In this document: piece by piece, positions 24,821 to 40,058 of the stretch
How positions within the stretch are numbered: the first letter of the stretch is position 1
How the letters are laid out: the number at the start of each line of letters is the position of its first letter
Origin: Eledone cirrhosa
Lineage: Eukaryota
Reading direction: 5' to 3'
NCBI GenBank assembly: GCA_964016885.1
Contig: OZ024743.1
Coordinates: 319,114,001-319,178,000, forward strand
DNA length: 64,000 nt
Position numbers and translations under genes: made by a program
The notes under the pieces: model-generated
The model's database searches: none
Told to the model about the DNA's origin: nothing
What the model saw: the letters and a program-made list of their open reading frames with translations, nothing else

Positions 24821-26237
24821 TATGGGAATTATGTGGATATATTAGTGACGACAATGATGAAGCTGCTGCTGCTCGAGATGGTGGTGGTGATGAAGATGAT
24901 GCTGATAACGAGGATGATGGTGGTAGTCGTGGAGATGGTGATGATGATGAAGAAGTGGCTCATAAGGATACTGAGGATGATGACGATGATAGCGATTGTT
25001 ATGACGATGAAAATGATGATGATGATGATGATGATGATGATGGGAGGGGTGGGGGGTACTGATAACGACGACGATGACGACGACGGTGATGATGACGAAG
25101 AAGGTGCCAACAAAGCAAAGGACGATGGAAATGACGTCAACGATGACGATGACGACGACAACAATGATGATGTTAGTTTAACAGTGGTGGAGTAGACGTA
25201 AGAACAGAGACACTCCAGCCATGATCATCCCGTTCTGGGAGTAGTTCGAAGCAGGTTTAACTATTATTTCTGACATGCGGAGAACCTCATAAAGACGCAC
25301 CCTTACTTTGCACCGAGACGACAACGACGACGACAAAGACAGCAACGACAGCAACAACGACGACGATGATGATGATAATGATGGGGATGGTAGTAGTCGC
25401 GGGTCTATGATAATGAGGAAGAGGAGGAGAAGAAGAGGAGGAGGAGAAGAGGAAGAGAAGAGGAAGAGAAGAGGAATAGGAAGAAGATTGTGTGTGTATG
25501 GGGGGGGGGGGATAATAATTATGAGGCAGTACTAAGAAAAATTAAAAGTGTTGATATAATTATTATTGTTTTTTTTTATTTGTTTTATTCTGTACATATT
25601 AGTGAGGGGACCTCACAATTTTCCCCTCCCTCCGCACCTCTTGTATGATGAAATCAACTTTACATGTTAGTGAGAGCAGCTCCTAAATTGCCACTCCCCG
25701 CATGCCTTCTATTACATGTTAGTGAAGAGAGCTTCTAACTTGCCCCTTCTCCCCCTGCGCCTCCTATATGATGAAATCAATGCACTTGATATTCAGTTTC
25801 ATCTTCTGTGTCAATGCGTCAACAGAAAGAACGTAGGTGAAGAATGAGTTTAAAGTCGTCAAACAGATTACAATATCTGCAGGAAGGATTAAATAAGAGG
25901 TGTCTTGTACAAGATCTAGAACAGAGTCTCCTTAAAGGGATCGATATCGACCCTCAGTGTCGATGCAACTAATCAAGTGTTCCATTGAAATTTTGGATCA
26001 ACACCTGACATCTGTGTAAGAAATAAAAATACGTCACTTACAATAGAATACAACTTGCTCATACAGGTTTCTGATTTATATATAATTAGCTATTATTGTC
26101 TATTTATTACATTGGGGAACACAACTTTTGCTGACGAAGCTGTTAGACATTTTTCTGGCTATGTTGAGGTTGCTGATCCCCAAAATGTTGATAGTTTTCC
26201 TCCCTCCGCTCTGCATATCAAGATATGATATAGATAT

Positions 26238-27505
26238 ATATAAAAGAAATAAGATTTCGCTTCAAGCATAGCTTTAGACAATATGTATAGAAATTTCGTA
26301 TTTCTAAAGAAATACGATTTTAGGAAGCCGTAGCTATGCAAACACCGGGGGGGGGGGGGGGGCTGACGCCCCTCTGGTGTTGTCCAGCAGAAGCAAGGGG
26401 GACAACCGTCTATGCATTTCAGGCTTGACTGGCCATCGTCAGGACGATCCCTCCACCGCTTTGCGACTGCTGCACTTGAAAACAGCCGAGAATATATAGT
26501 TTTCTTGTTTGTGTAAATGAGGTGATTAATCTCATTTGAATATGAAGCTGCATAAGTTGGCTCTCGGCTGTTTTAAGTCCAGTAGTCGCAAGCCTGAAAT
26601 GCATAGACGGCTGTCCTTGCTTCTGCTGGACAACACCAGAGGGCCTTAGCCCCCCCCCCCCCCCGGTGTTTGCATAGCTACGGCTTCCTGAAACCGTATT
26701 TCTTTAGAAATACGAAATTTCTATACATCTCCTTATAATATATAACCACCAATTTCTCTGTCTGTCTGTCCGACGCGTAGAGAGAGAGTGAGAGTGAAAG
26801 AAAGAGACAGACTACAAGAGGGGGATAGCGGGAGGGAGAGAGAGAGACGCTGGAAGAGGGTAAGGAAAGCTATGTCTTGCTGTCTGCATTACGATACATA
26901 TATATATACACACACACACTGAGCGCGTCATAATGACGTAATGCAGACAGCCAGACATACAGACAGATATTATAAGGGCGCAACGTTATATCTATGTATC
27001 TATCTAAAAAGAAAGACTAAGAATTATATAGAGAGAACGCTAAATCGCCTAATGCGGTCCCTAGGGCATTAAAAATTTGAAATAATTTTTGCTCAAAAAA
27101 CTCACAGGACCATAAGTATTACCTGTCTAAAGTTTGAAAACAATCGGTTGGATGGTTCTCAAGTTTTAGTGAGCTGACAGACAGACAGACATTCTCTGTT
27201 TTAGATATATAGACTAGCAGAAAACCGCCCCCGTGTGGTTTTCTGCTAGTCTATATATATAAAACTGAGGATGTCTGTCTGTGTGTGTGTGAGTTTGAAT
27301 CCCTAAAACTCGAGAACCACCAAACTTTACACATGTAATACTTATGTTTCAAATTTTCAATGCCCTAGGGACCGCATTAGGCGATTTAGCGATCTCTCTC
27401 TATAATTCTTAGTCTTTCTCTTTTTAGACACATACATATAACGTCGTGCCCTTATAATATCTGTCTGTATGTCTGGCTCTCTGCATTACGTCACTTCCCT
27501 GGGAA

Positions 27506-27582
<77 letters not shown>

Positions 27583-28080
27583 CCCTAAAACTCGAGAAGT
27601 ACCCAACCGATTCTTTTCAAACTTTACATGTGTATTACTTATGTTTCAGGGAGTGTTATACTCATAAAAATTCAACTTTTTGATCTCCTAGGGCCCGCAT
27701 TAGGTGAAAAACTGCGTTTTAAAAATCTTTTTAGGGGTTTTTTGAGGCGTTATCTCAGATCGATTTCCTTGAAATTGTAACTATGTATTAGTCAGTCTCT
27801 TCTTCATACCGTGAGCAAAGAAAATCCAACTTTTTTATGGCCTAGGGCCAGCATTAGGTGAAAACCTGCATTATTCCTGCTTCATCGAGGAAAATCTTAA
27901 AGATTATCCAGCCATCAGAATATTCGGTTTATTTTCTTTACATATTGTCCAGGCATGCTGTTTTTCCCCGATTAGGTCTGTTGGCGGCCAGCGTTCCAAA
28001 ATACCCTATCCCGTGCAACGCCGGGTACCACTGCTAGTATTGTATTAAGCTATGCTTGAAGCGAAATCTTATTTCTTTTC
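26238..28080. mobile_element. Palindromic MITE/foldback (arms 26238-26426 and 26589-26727 continuing at 28038-28080) interrupted by a Helitron
   Basis: Arms are reverse complements including G-run/C-run; right arm resumes exactly after the Helitron CTAG. Confidence 0.7.
26728..28037 (+). mobile_element. Composite non-autonomous Helitron with internal inverted duplication
   Basis: A|TC start, cccgtgcaacgccggg hairpin then CTAG|T end, no TSD; (tctg)n near 5' ends; second 5' end at ~27250. Confidence 0.8.
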
Positions 28081-28465
28081 TATTATAAGTTCAGCCAACT
28101 TATACAGCTTCATGTGCAAATGAGATTAATCACCTCATTTACACAGACGAGAAAACTATATGTTATCGGCTGTTTTCAAGTCCAGCAGTCGCAAGCGGTG
28201 GGAGGGATCGTCCTCACGATGGCCAGCCAAGTCTGAAATGCATAGACGGTTGTCCCCCTTGCTTCTGCTGGACAACACCAGAGGGTGTTAGCATATATAT
28301 ATATATGATAACAAGTTATCGTTATAGGTAATCCAGTCAGAGGTTGTGAGTACTCTGTGTCGTGGATAGTTTTAAAGTACGGTTTCGTTTGACCCAACAA
28401 GATGTTTCCATAGTTAGGTAGCGAGTTCGCGAGAATTCCTATGCAGGTTATACTTGGAGTAATAA

Positions 28466-28791
28466 TAGTGAAAGATTGAAGAATAACATGGTCGGCTGTA
28501 CTTTTTATTTTCTTACATTTTACATCTGTAACTTCTTTACCTATTTATCATTATATTTTATTATTGCTGTTATTGTTTTGATTCTCCGCTGTATCTCTAT
28601 ATATATACCATGCCATCTGTGAGTTCTTCCGTATTCTGAGGATTTGATCAGAGGTAAACACTGTTTTGGAGGTTGAGTGATGCAACTTCGAGTGATTAGC
28701 GGCCTCTAGACTCACCTCATCAATGAAACAATTGTTAATACTTGAAATAAAGCCCCTTGTTGTACAACCGACCATGTTATTCTTCAATCTT

Positions 28792-28797
<6 letters not shown>
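28466..28797. mobile_element. Probable PLE pLTR fragment with ~36-bp inverted terminal repeat
   Basis: tagtgaaagattgaagaataacatggtcggctgtac and its reverse complement at 28761-28796; adjacent (TA)n. Confidence 0.45.
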
Positions 28798-28842
<45 letters not shown>

Positions 28843-28847
<5 letters not shown>

Positions 28848-29043
28848 GAAGGAAGTGTGGTAAGTAACCAGGTGGACCATAACGCACCAAAGTACTCGAT
28901 ACTGGGTAGTACAGTGGGTAATAGGAAAAGAGTCAGGACCCCGACGGCTGAGCTCCGGCCGTTTCAACAGCTAGGTCCGAGTTCAGACCTAGCTGTCGAA
29001 ACGGCCGGAGCTCAGCCGTCGGGGTTCTGACTCTTTTCCTATA
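28843..29043 (-). mobile_element. Short PLE-like element with terminal fold-back hairpin, copy 1
   Basis: ~60-bp arms 28921-29043; GAAACggc..gccGTC; flanked by (TA)n; homologous to 29065, 55977, 57822. Confidence 0.7.
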
Positions 29044-29064
29044 TATATATATATATATATATAT

Positions 29065-29265
29065 AAAGCAGGATGGATTCAGTTAGAAACTGGTTAGACC
29101 ATTACGCACCAGAGCACTCAATACTTTGGATTGTAGAGTATGGTTATATGAATGAGTCAGATCCAGACGGCTGAGCTCTTGCCGTTTCAACAGCTAGTTC
29201 CAGATTCTGGAGCTATTGAAATGGCAAGAGCTCATCCGCCGGGGTCCTGACTCATTCATTCATAT
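29065..29265 (-). mobile_element. Short PLE-like element with terminal fold-back hairpin, copy 2
   Basis: Diverged homologue of 28843-29043. Confidence 0.65.
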
Positions 29266-29803
29266 ATATATATATATATATACATACGAGGGTCAGCAGA
29301 AAAGTTAATAGGCTAACTATGAAGAAATCATGCTAGGGCTGTAAAAACTGACTGGCAATCAGTTTTGTTGCTAATTGAATATTATCGTAAGAGAGAAATG
29401 TCAATAAAAATAGCGTATTAAATTGTTTTTGATATTTCGTACGATGAGATGTGGCCAGACATTCATGTTGGATGCTCCAACAATAGTTCTCCATCATAGG
29501 AGTATGTACCATTGTTCGCGGTAGCGTTCTTCCATAGTCTTTAGTTTTTTGTGGAATTATTCACTTTATTACACATATGGATCAACGATATTATCTGGGG
29601 AATGATCCACATAGCTGGGGAGGTAAGGCAGTAAAATGATGACGATTTTACAGCGAAGTTTACAAAAAGAAGAGAACATAAAGTTCTCAATTTGACAATA
29701 CATGTAACCAGGGATATTTTTGAAGAGTTTTCGCCCTGAACTATTCTAAGTGGTCTTCCTCTTTTCCTTTTCTTACATTTATTGATTTTGTGGTTTTCGA
29801 ACC

Positions 29804-30430
29804 TTTTTACTCGATATAAACCTCACTCTGTAATGTTATATCTACTTTTTACCCAATGAATACCCCACTTTGTGATGTTGCATCTACTTTTACCCGATAT
29901 AAACCTCACTCTGTAATGTTATATCTACTTTTTACCCAATGAATACCCCACTTTGTGATGTTGCATCTACTTTTACCCGATATAAACCTCACTCTGTAAT
30001 GTTATATCTACTTTTTACCCAATGAATACCCCACTTTGTGATGTTGCATCTACTTTTACCCGATATAAACCTCACTCTGTAATGTTATATCTACTTTTTA
30101 CCCAATGAATACCCCACTTTGTGATGTTGCATCTACTTTTACCCGATATAAACCTCACTCTGTAATGTTATATCTACTTTTTACCCAATGAATACCCCAC
30201 TTTGTGATGTTGCATCTACTTTTACCCGATATAAACCTCACTCTGTAATGTTATATCTACTTTTTACCCAATGAATACCCCACTTTGTGATGTTGCATCT
30301 ACTTTTACCCGATATAAACCTCACTCTGTAATGTTATATTTACTTTTTACTCTATGTAAACCACACTTTGTGGTGTTAAATCAGCATTTTACCCGGTGTT
30401 AGCCCCACATTCTGATGTCATATCAACCAG
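29804..30430. repeat. 83-bp minisatellite (dimer of 42- and 41-bp subunits), ~6.5 near-perfect copies plus decayed subunits
   Basis: gatataaacctc at 29813, 29896, 29979, 30062, 30145, 30228, 30311. Confidence 0.95.
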
Positions 30431-30699
30431 ATACTTAGGGCAGGCATCGTTGGTTTTGACAGTTTCGTTAGCTTTTTTTTCTACTCCCTTTTTTCTTTCC
30501 CCCCCTTTTTTTGTTCCGACCTCACATTCACTTAACAAGTCACATCACAAAAGTTGATAGGTACATAAGTTAAAAAAAGAGAAAATATAAAAAGGTAGTT
30601 GCAGGAGGAGATAAACAGGAGGAGATAAAAGATTAAGGAGTATAAAAGATCTGAATTGATTTCGCATTCAGGATATTTGAATAGTCTTAATATTAATTG

Positions 30700-31200
30700 G
30701 CTCTAAAAATTAAACAGAAAAGATTGTGTTGACATATTTTACAGAGACAAAAATTACGATGTATGTTAACGGTACTTGTTAGAACTATTCTTTGGATTTC
30801 ATATATGCTAGGTTTACCAGGTATGTTTTCTAGAAACCTGCAAACACCCAGAGCTCCTATCACTACCGGAATAGTATGTGTTTTAAGGTGCCACATTCTG
30901 TTTATCTCAATTTATAGATCTTTATATTTAGCAAGTTTCTCATACTCTTTTGCGGACACATTTCTATCAGAGGCTACAGTCATGTCAATAAGTAAGCAGG
31001 TCTTGTTTTTTAAATATTTAATAATAATATCAGGGTGGTTTGTATTGATGGTGCGTTCTGTGTGAATGGTGAAGTCCCAAAGGATTGTTGCTCCTTCAGT
31101 CTCAGTTACTGGTTGTAGTTTGTGTTCATACAAGTTTTCTGCATGTTTTGCAAAAGTGGTATACATGGGCGAACTAAGTTCGTTGTTTGGTAACCTGTTT
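30700..31200 (-). mobile_element. R4/Dong-clade LINE fragment (restriction-like endonuclease)
   Basis: ATILWDFTIHTERTINTNHPDIII..CLLIDMTV..KEYEKLAKYKDL..MWHLKTHTIPVVIGALG. Confidence 0.85.
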
Positions 31201-31284
31201 TTAAAACATTATAGTCTTAACATTATTTTTTGTATTGTACCTAACCCAGCCATCGTCTTATGGAGATGGTTAGTTTTCATATAT

Positions 31285-32095
31285 TTGTTGCCCTTTGGGG
31301 CTATACTTTCAGCACAAGGCCTATGGGTAATTTCCAGAAATCCATGGCCTGGAAGAGCTACCGGGGTGCACTGCCGGTGCGACACAAACTCTACAGGCAC
31401 GGAAGTGCAGTTAGACGGGCCTGTCGGAGAGGTGCGCAGAGGGACCAAACCATTTTGCACGCATTCGTCAAGTGAAAGAGCTTTGCTGACTTGTGGGGTT
31501 TTGTCGAATAGCTATTATCACAGATCCGACCCTCGATCGACTCCATTGTGAAGATTGCTCAGACATCTTCAATTGTCCGGGACGGACAAGCAATCTTTCT
31601 CTGTGTGGTGGCAATAGCCAAAGAGGTCGTATGTTGGATCAGGTTGAAAGGACTGCAGACAGACACTTTTCTCTTCGATCGCGCCCTCATCAAATTTTTC
31701 GAGTTCCACTTGGAAAGGAAGAAGAAGGTGGGGCGGGAAGTGCTGCCCCTCTGTACATTTGCTAAAAGGTGGGTGAAAGTGTCGAGGAGGGCTCGAGTGA
31801 ACGGGCCTACTCTGAACGTGCGCCTGTATGCTGGAGAGTTCAGAGAGGAGGGGGATACTTTCGCAGGGGGTTCTTGGCAATCAATGTGGTTTCGGATCTG
31901 TGGGTTTCCTAAAGTACCCCTGAGTGATATTCACCAATATTGGGGAATTCTGTTGTTTTAATTTATCTTGTTACTTGTTTTCTTTGTTTACACAGTTAAT
32001 TATGTAAATCCTCACTGTCTTTTTCCATTTGTATTGCTTCTTTTTTTCGGCCCCTGTGACCAATAAAGAATGAATTATTATTATTATTATTATCA
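31285..32095 (+). mobile_element. Old Tx1-clade LINE 3' fragment
   Basis: PMGNFQKSMAWKSYRGALPVRHKLYRHG..FEFHLERK..RWV..VNGPTL; ends cccctgtgaccaataaagaatga(att)n. Confidence 0.88.
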
Positions 32096-32295
32096 TTGGA
32101 TGGTAAGGTGAGATATGTAGGCGTGGCGAAAGGAGAGGTTGTGACACTCATATCTCTTCATGATAATAAATAGGTCGGCAACTCGGTTCACCACAGCACG
32201 GCAGCGGCCGCCATAACCTCAAATGAAACATAATATCAACAGTATAAGATAGAGAGAGATATTGTTGCAATAACAACATCAGCAACAACTACAGC

Positions 32296-32708
32296 AATAA
32301 TTGTTTCTACTTTAGGCACAAGGCCAGCAATTACCCAGTGCATTACTGGTACTTTATTTTATCGACCCCGTAAGGATGAAAGGCAAAGTCAACCTCGGCG
32401 GGATTTGAACTCAGATCGTAAAGGGGCGTAACTATGCTGGAAAGCATGGCGTCCGACCCTCTACTGATACTGCCAATCCAAGCAATAATGATAATAATAA
32501 TGATTTCTTATATAGGCACAAGGCCAGCAATTTTGGGGGAGGGGAAAGTCGATTAAATCGACCCCAGTGCGTGACTGGTACTTTATTTTATCGACCCCGT
32601 AAGGATGAAAGGCAAAGTTAACCTCGGAATTTGAACTCAGATCATAAAGGGGCGTAACTCTATGCTGCAAAGCATGGCGTCCGACCCTCTACCGATACTG
32701 CCAATCCA
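32296..32708 (-). mobile_element. Two tandem full-length family A SINEs
   Basis: 32296-32478 and 32490-32708, A/B boxes intact, joined by (AAT)n. Confidence 0.92.
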
Positions 32709-32754
32709 ATGAGGGTGATAATGACGAGAGTGAGGAGTTGAGAAAGAGTGTATA

Positions 32755-32791
<37 letters not shown>

Positions 32792-33039
32792 GGAAGGAGG
32801 TGTACAATATTCCACCTCTCTCTCTCTCTGAACCCCCTCGTATCTTCATTATCTTTGTTTCCCCTCCCCCTTTCTTTATCTCTAGGACCCTTATCCATCT
32901 CTCTCTCTCTCTTCCCCCCACCCCATCTCTGCAATGACTTCTTTCTCTCTCTATCTCTGTAAGCCCTTCCTTTCCCACCCCCACTCTTATCTCTGTATAC
33001 TTCTCTCTGCATTATTGATGTGTGCGTATGTGTGTGTGA

Positions 33040-35035
<1,996 letters not shown>

Positions 35036-36134
35036 ATACACACATATTTTACATACAGTCTTGCACTGCGGGACACTTCTTTCATCGGCTGTCGACTGGA
35101 GTTCACAATGATTTCGGCTCTATCCGATAGGATCGCTCCATCCAGCGGTGTCGGATAATATTAAATCTATCAAGGAATACCCGAGTTCTTTGAACCTGTA
35201 CTACTAAGTGCCTTTTTACACCGTTATGCAAGCATCTATCAGACAAAACAGGGTGCAGCTCTAACCACTACAGCTTTGCGACAACGGTTTTTTGCTGCTC
35301 CCAAACATTTACAAATTACTGCTCTGCTATCCAGTGTAAATCCTACACCAACCAGAGAGGATTTCGATTTTCTAGCTACAAACCAATATTTTTCCACTTG
35401 TATTGGTAGCAGCAGAACTGCCACTCTCGTTCTGCACACAACTCTACGAGTATTCTATATTTTTTTATGTGCCCATTAAATTATAACATGCCATAATGCC
35501 AAAGAGTTGATTCGTTCTTCACTATTATAATATGGTTTAGGAATAAAAGTAAGTTAGAGTGACTGCCCTGTAGCAAAGGGACCACAAGTAAGGTGGGGTG
35601 ACTGGTATGTAGCTAGGGGCACACAATAGATAAAAAATTATTATTATTATCATTTTGTTACCTTAAATAATATGGTATATCTAGATGAATCTTATGATAA
35701 AGAGCGAAAGAAAATTACATTCCTGTGATAAAAATCAATTAGTAAATAAAAATCAATTTGAAGTAAGGGCTTAATCGCGTTTTATTTTTCTTATTTTCGC
35801 GGGATATCCATTTATTCTGTATCCGTCTCAGTGCAGCTCATGTATAGTGCACCACACCATTCGCCTCTTTCATTCCCAAGGTAACCTCTACCACCTACAA
35901 AACTTTACTCATACTCCATTTTTATCCATGTCGACATTATTGCCAAGACTGCATCAATACATACAAATATGCGTTCACACACACACACACATATATATAC
36001 TCGTATAATGGTTTTAAAAAAGCCCACATGGCTACGTCTTTAAAATAAAATAAGAATTGGAACCAGAGGGCGCACAGGACAAATACGTTGATTTTTCCAT
36101 CGTCTTCGTCCTGTGCCCCCCCCCCCCCTCTGTT

Positions 36135-36171
<37 letters not shown>

Positions 36172-36399
36172 TATTGAAGTTTGCTTGAAGCATTGTGGAA
36201 TAATAGGTAAATATCTTTAAGTCGTTTGGAAGCCTCTACAATGCAAATGGGTAAATCTCCGGGTAACAAGATCCGGTGGTGGAGAGAGAGATGTAGGTGG
36301 GTGTACGTTGAGATGCGTGGTGTGTATAAGACGTGTAGAGGAATGAAGGAAAGAGTATAAAGGATAAAATAAAAATAACAACACGAGAGAGAGTTACCT

Positions 36400-37958
36400 T
36401 GGGAGAGATTTAATTGTCCCTATATATTTCGGATTCACATCCATCAACTGGGGTTTTTTTCCGGGGTGGGGGAAAGGTTGTCTGTCGGAAAGGTGCGAAA
36501 CGCGTCCTCCGCTGTTTGTTGCTTTGAATATCTGAGGTATTCAGCAGAGCGCGCGTGCGCGTGAAATGCGGTCGGTCGGGCAGAGGTCAGCGGCCGAATG
36601 TGGCAGTGGGGTGGTGCTGGCTGTCAGTCCATTCTTTGCCTGTTTGTTAAATGTTACTGTGTGTGTGTGTGCGTGTGTTGTTGTCTCGCTTGAGTGTGTG
36701 TGTGTGTGTGCGTGTGTTGTTGCCTTGTTCCTCTGTATTGGCAGTGTAGTATGTTCGTATGGTGGAATGCTACTGTGTGTGTGTGCGTGTTCGTGTGTAG
36801 TTGTCTCGTTTGTGTGTGTCTGTGCGTGTGTTGCTGCATCGTTTGTTAACTTAAACCAGTCACCTCATTTCGCTTCTCTCGGATCGATTGTTTATTTGCG
36901 GGCCAGGCGTTTGATAAAAAGTGCTTCCTTGATACGTAACGTGCCGACGTTTCTTTCAGTCACTAGAATTGTGACAATGGGCCTTCCGTCTTTGTTTCGC
37001 ATTTGTCTATGTGTTTCCGGAAAGACGAGGCCCTAGTTTTAGTGTGTTCCTTGATCCGGATGTGCAAAGGTCGCATTGTGCTACCTATATAGTATTGGTT
37101 GCACCTGTCACATTCTATCTTATACACGACGTATGTGCGTAGGCAACAGTTCGCATGGCGTATCGGGCAGTCTCTGAGGGAGCACGCGTCAGTAGATTTC
37201 CTGGGTTTCCTGGAGAGGCATCTTCGCAGGGAGGGGCCCGAGTGGGCCAGGTGGATGTCGAGGCCCTTCCTCCGTATAGCCTTGCGGATAGCGTTGGTGG
37301 TATTCTCGCCCAGGTGTGGCATTTTAAGGAAGCACTTGCCTTGGGTGCCTCTCTGTCTCTTGTGTCTGGCGTCTCCCACTCTGTCTGTGAGCGAGGTAGG
37401 GTACCCGTTCGTCTCCAGCACCTCGAGGAATCGCTTGGTATGAGTGACACCACTCGCGGGATCGCTGCATCTATTTTTGATTCGCGCGATCTCGTTCGTG
37501 ATGTATCCTCTTTTGGCACTGTTAGGGAGGGCGGACTTGTAGTGAACGAACAGGTCCCTGCAGGCTGCCTTTCGGTAGAAGTTGCAGTGGATCCTTCCCT
37601 GTTCCGTGATGTTGATTCGGAAGTCGAGGAGGGCAAGTGACCCGTCTTCGTTGGGGTGTTCAACACTGAAGTCAATGTTCTCGTCCGTGTTGTTGAACGT
37701 CTCATAGATTCTGTTCGCCGTGTCTTGGGAAGATGTGAGGATGAGGATATCGTCCACGTACCTTGAGAAAAAGGCGACGGCGTTGGGGTGGCAGGCGTTG
37801 AGTGCCTTGCGCTCGAGGTTGTCCATGTAAGAGATCGCTAGCATACCCGACAGGCTTGATCCCATGGGCAATCCCGAGGTTTGTTGGTATGTTTGGTCAA
37901 AGAATCCGAAGTAGTTGTTGTCGACGACGATGGATAGTAGTTGGTGGATGTCAAACAA
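36400..37958 (-). mobile_element. Penelope-like element, 5'-truncated (RT C-half, GIY-YIG, 3' region)
   Basis: QTSGLPMGSSLSGMLA, RYVDDI, LLDFRI, YRK, C-C-C linker, VVYKIECDRCNQYYIGSTMRPLHIRIKEH; frameshift near 36980 with IKEALFIK in another frame. Confidence 0.92.
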
Positions 37959-39069
37959 ACAAAAGCAGCATAAATCGACATATTTGAGGTAGCTTTAACC
38001 TCCCCAAAGATACACGTGATACATGAAATGAATTCATTCTTTTAGAGGAACAACTCATTCAATTCAGAAAGGACAGCTAACGAAGAGTATGGACAAGGTG
38101 CAAGCCTCATACAATGACAACAGTAACAAATACTCAGGAAGGGTTGTCAGCCTTCTGTTACTTATTAGCTTTACTTGACAAGAGTTGTGTGTCTAAAGAC
38201 AATATACAGCAAAACTCCTGAGTACTCAGAGGACTCTGACTTGAGTTTAATAGATATTATTACTATGCACTGGGTAATTGCTGGCCTTGTGCCAAAAAGT
38301 AGAAACAATTATTACTATCTACTGTGGTACTGAGTACTCATTCTTGCAACCGAGAATGAATATATACACACATGTATTATATATACGTATGTATATGTGA
38401 GTATGTGCATATGTGCGTTTGTATGTATGTATGTATGTGTCTTTGTATGTGTGAATATATGAATGTATGTATGTGTGTGGGTATGTGCGTATGTATGCAT
38501 GCATGCTTGAATGCATATATATGTGTATATATATATATATATAAACAAACTCACAGGCGCGTCTGTTTGTGTGTGCATTTGCATGCTTGAATGCGTGTTT
38601 GCGTGAATTTCAACCCTCTACCCCCGCCACCATCACCAGCAAACCAAAGTACTGACTAGTGAATTGATCAAGTTAAAATACAAATACAAATATACCTGCA
38701 CGTAATTTCCGCATTATTATAAATTCTGTCTATGTTAAAGGCTCACTGCAAAGTTTTTAATGATATTACCGTCCTACATATTTTTTATTTGTTTTTTATT
38801 CTATTTTTTCAATGAAAAAATTCCTTTATCTAACTCGGCGGTGATATCAAGTGCATAAGGTGTGATCTATTTCAGGGTCACTGGTTTATTCAACAACTAG
38901 AGGAGGGTCAGGAATTCAAGATTAGTAAACAGACCGGTACAAATTATCGCTGAACCAGCATTTGAACTTCATAGTTAAGACGAACTTGATTCATGTTTAT
39001 ATTGTTGTTGTCTGTTTATTTTATTTTATTTTGTTTTTATTCTATTCTAATTTATTTCACATTTATGAA

Positions 39070-39285
39070 GGCCCTTGGTTAGGGATTGTGTGGTGTTCGT
39101 GTTCGGTTCACGATTGTAATGTTATGAAGAGTTCGATTCCCGGGTTGGACGGCTCGTTGAGTTCTCCTTGAGCAAGACACTTAATATCACGTTAATTCTT
39201 CAGTCTACTCAATCTTAAGATATAAGTTGACCAATCAATGAGCAAAATTTAGTAGGCAGAAACTGAACGGAAGCCCGTTGTATGC
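39070..39285 (+). mobile_element. SINE family B (tRNA head, CORE-like domain)
   Basis: gagttcgattcc B box then tccttgagcaagacactt..cagtctactca. Confidence 0.7.
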
Positions 39286-39784
39286 ACACACACAGACACA
39301 CACATTATAGCAATGACTTCTACATGAATAGAACTGTTTCATTCATATGAAGTTATCATACATTCATGCTTGTATATATATTCATTTATTATTGCTAATT
39401 AGTGGGCCTTGTTTACTTTGGACTTTCACCTGCTTGATCACAGGGTAATCAAACAAGAACATGAATATTTAAACTCTACTTCGGTAGTGGGTAGTCTTTT
39501 CTTTCGTACGTCAACTACATATAGATGTATATATAAATAACTCGAATGTGGAAAATGAAAATAGAAACAATACCTATAATGTGTCTCTAGGAATGATAAC
39601 AAACAGAAAGACAAATACATAGCCAAAGCCCCAGGACTTACAAATATATACAGTATACTGCACACATTACGAAAATTACTATCAATACAATAGAAACAAC
39701 ATCAGTAAAATCTACACTGCTCATACCCAAGGCACAGAGCTGTGCTCGGCAAAGCAGTAATGATGCGCAATAAAAATGATGATG

Positions 39785-40006
39785 GAAATAATGGTTTCTT
39801 ATATAGGCACAAGGCCAGCAATTTTGGGGGAGGGAAGGTCGATTAAATCGACCCAGTGCGTGACTGGTACTTTCTTTTATCGACCCCGAAAGGATGAAAG
39901 GCAAAGTTAACCTCGGCGGGATTTGAACTCAGACGGTAAGGGATATAAACTCTATGCTGCAAAGCATGACGTCCAACCCTCTACCGATACTGCCAATTCA
40001 CCGCCC
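39785..40006 (-). mobile_element. SINE family A, full length
   Basis: Head gggcggtgaattggcagtatcgg directly after the Tx1 tail; tail ccttgtgcctatataagaaaccatt. Confidence 0.92.
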
Positions 40007-40011
40007 TAATT

Positions 40012-40058
<47 letters not shown>

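Noticed and set aside
24840-25500. Poly-M/D/E/R ORFs
   Set aside because: (GAT/GAC/GAG)n low-complexity DNA
29804-30430. CRISPR-like periodicity (also 49098-49707)
   Set aside because: No unique spacers, no cas genes, eukaryotic context
36963-37958. Selenocysteine-recoding Naiad-type PLE
   Set aside because: No in-frame TGA in the 331-aa frame and no SECIS recognised
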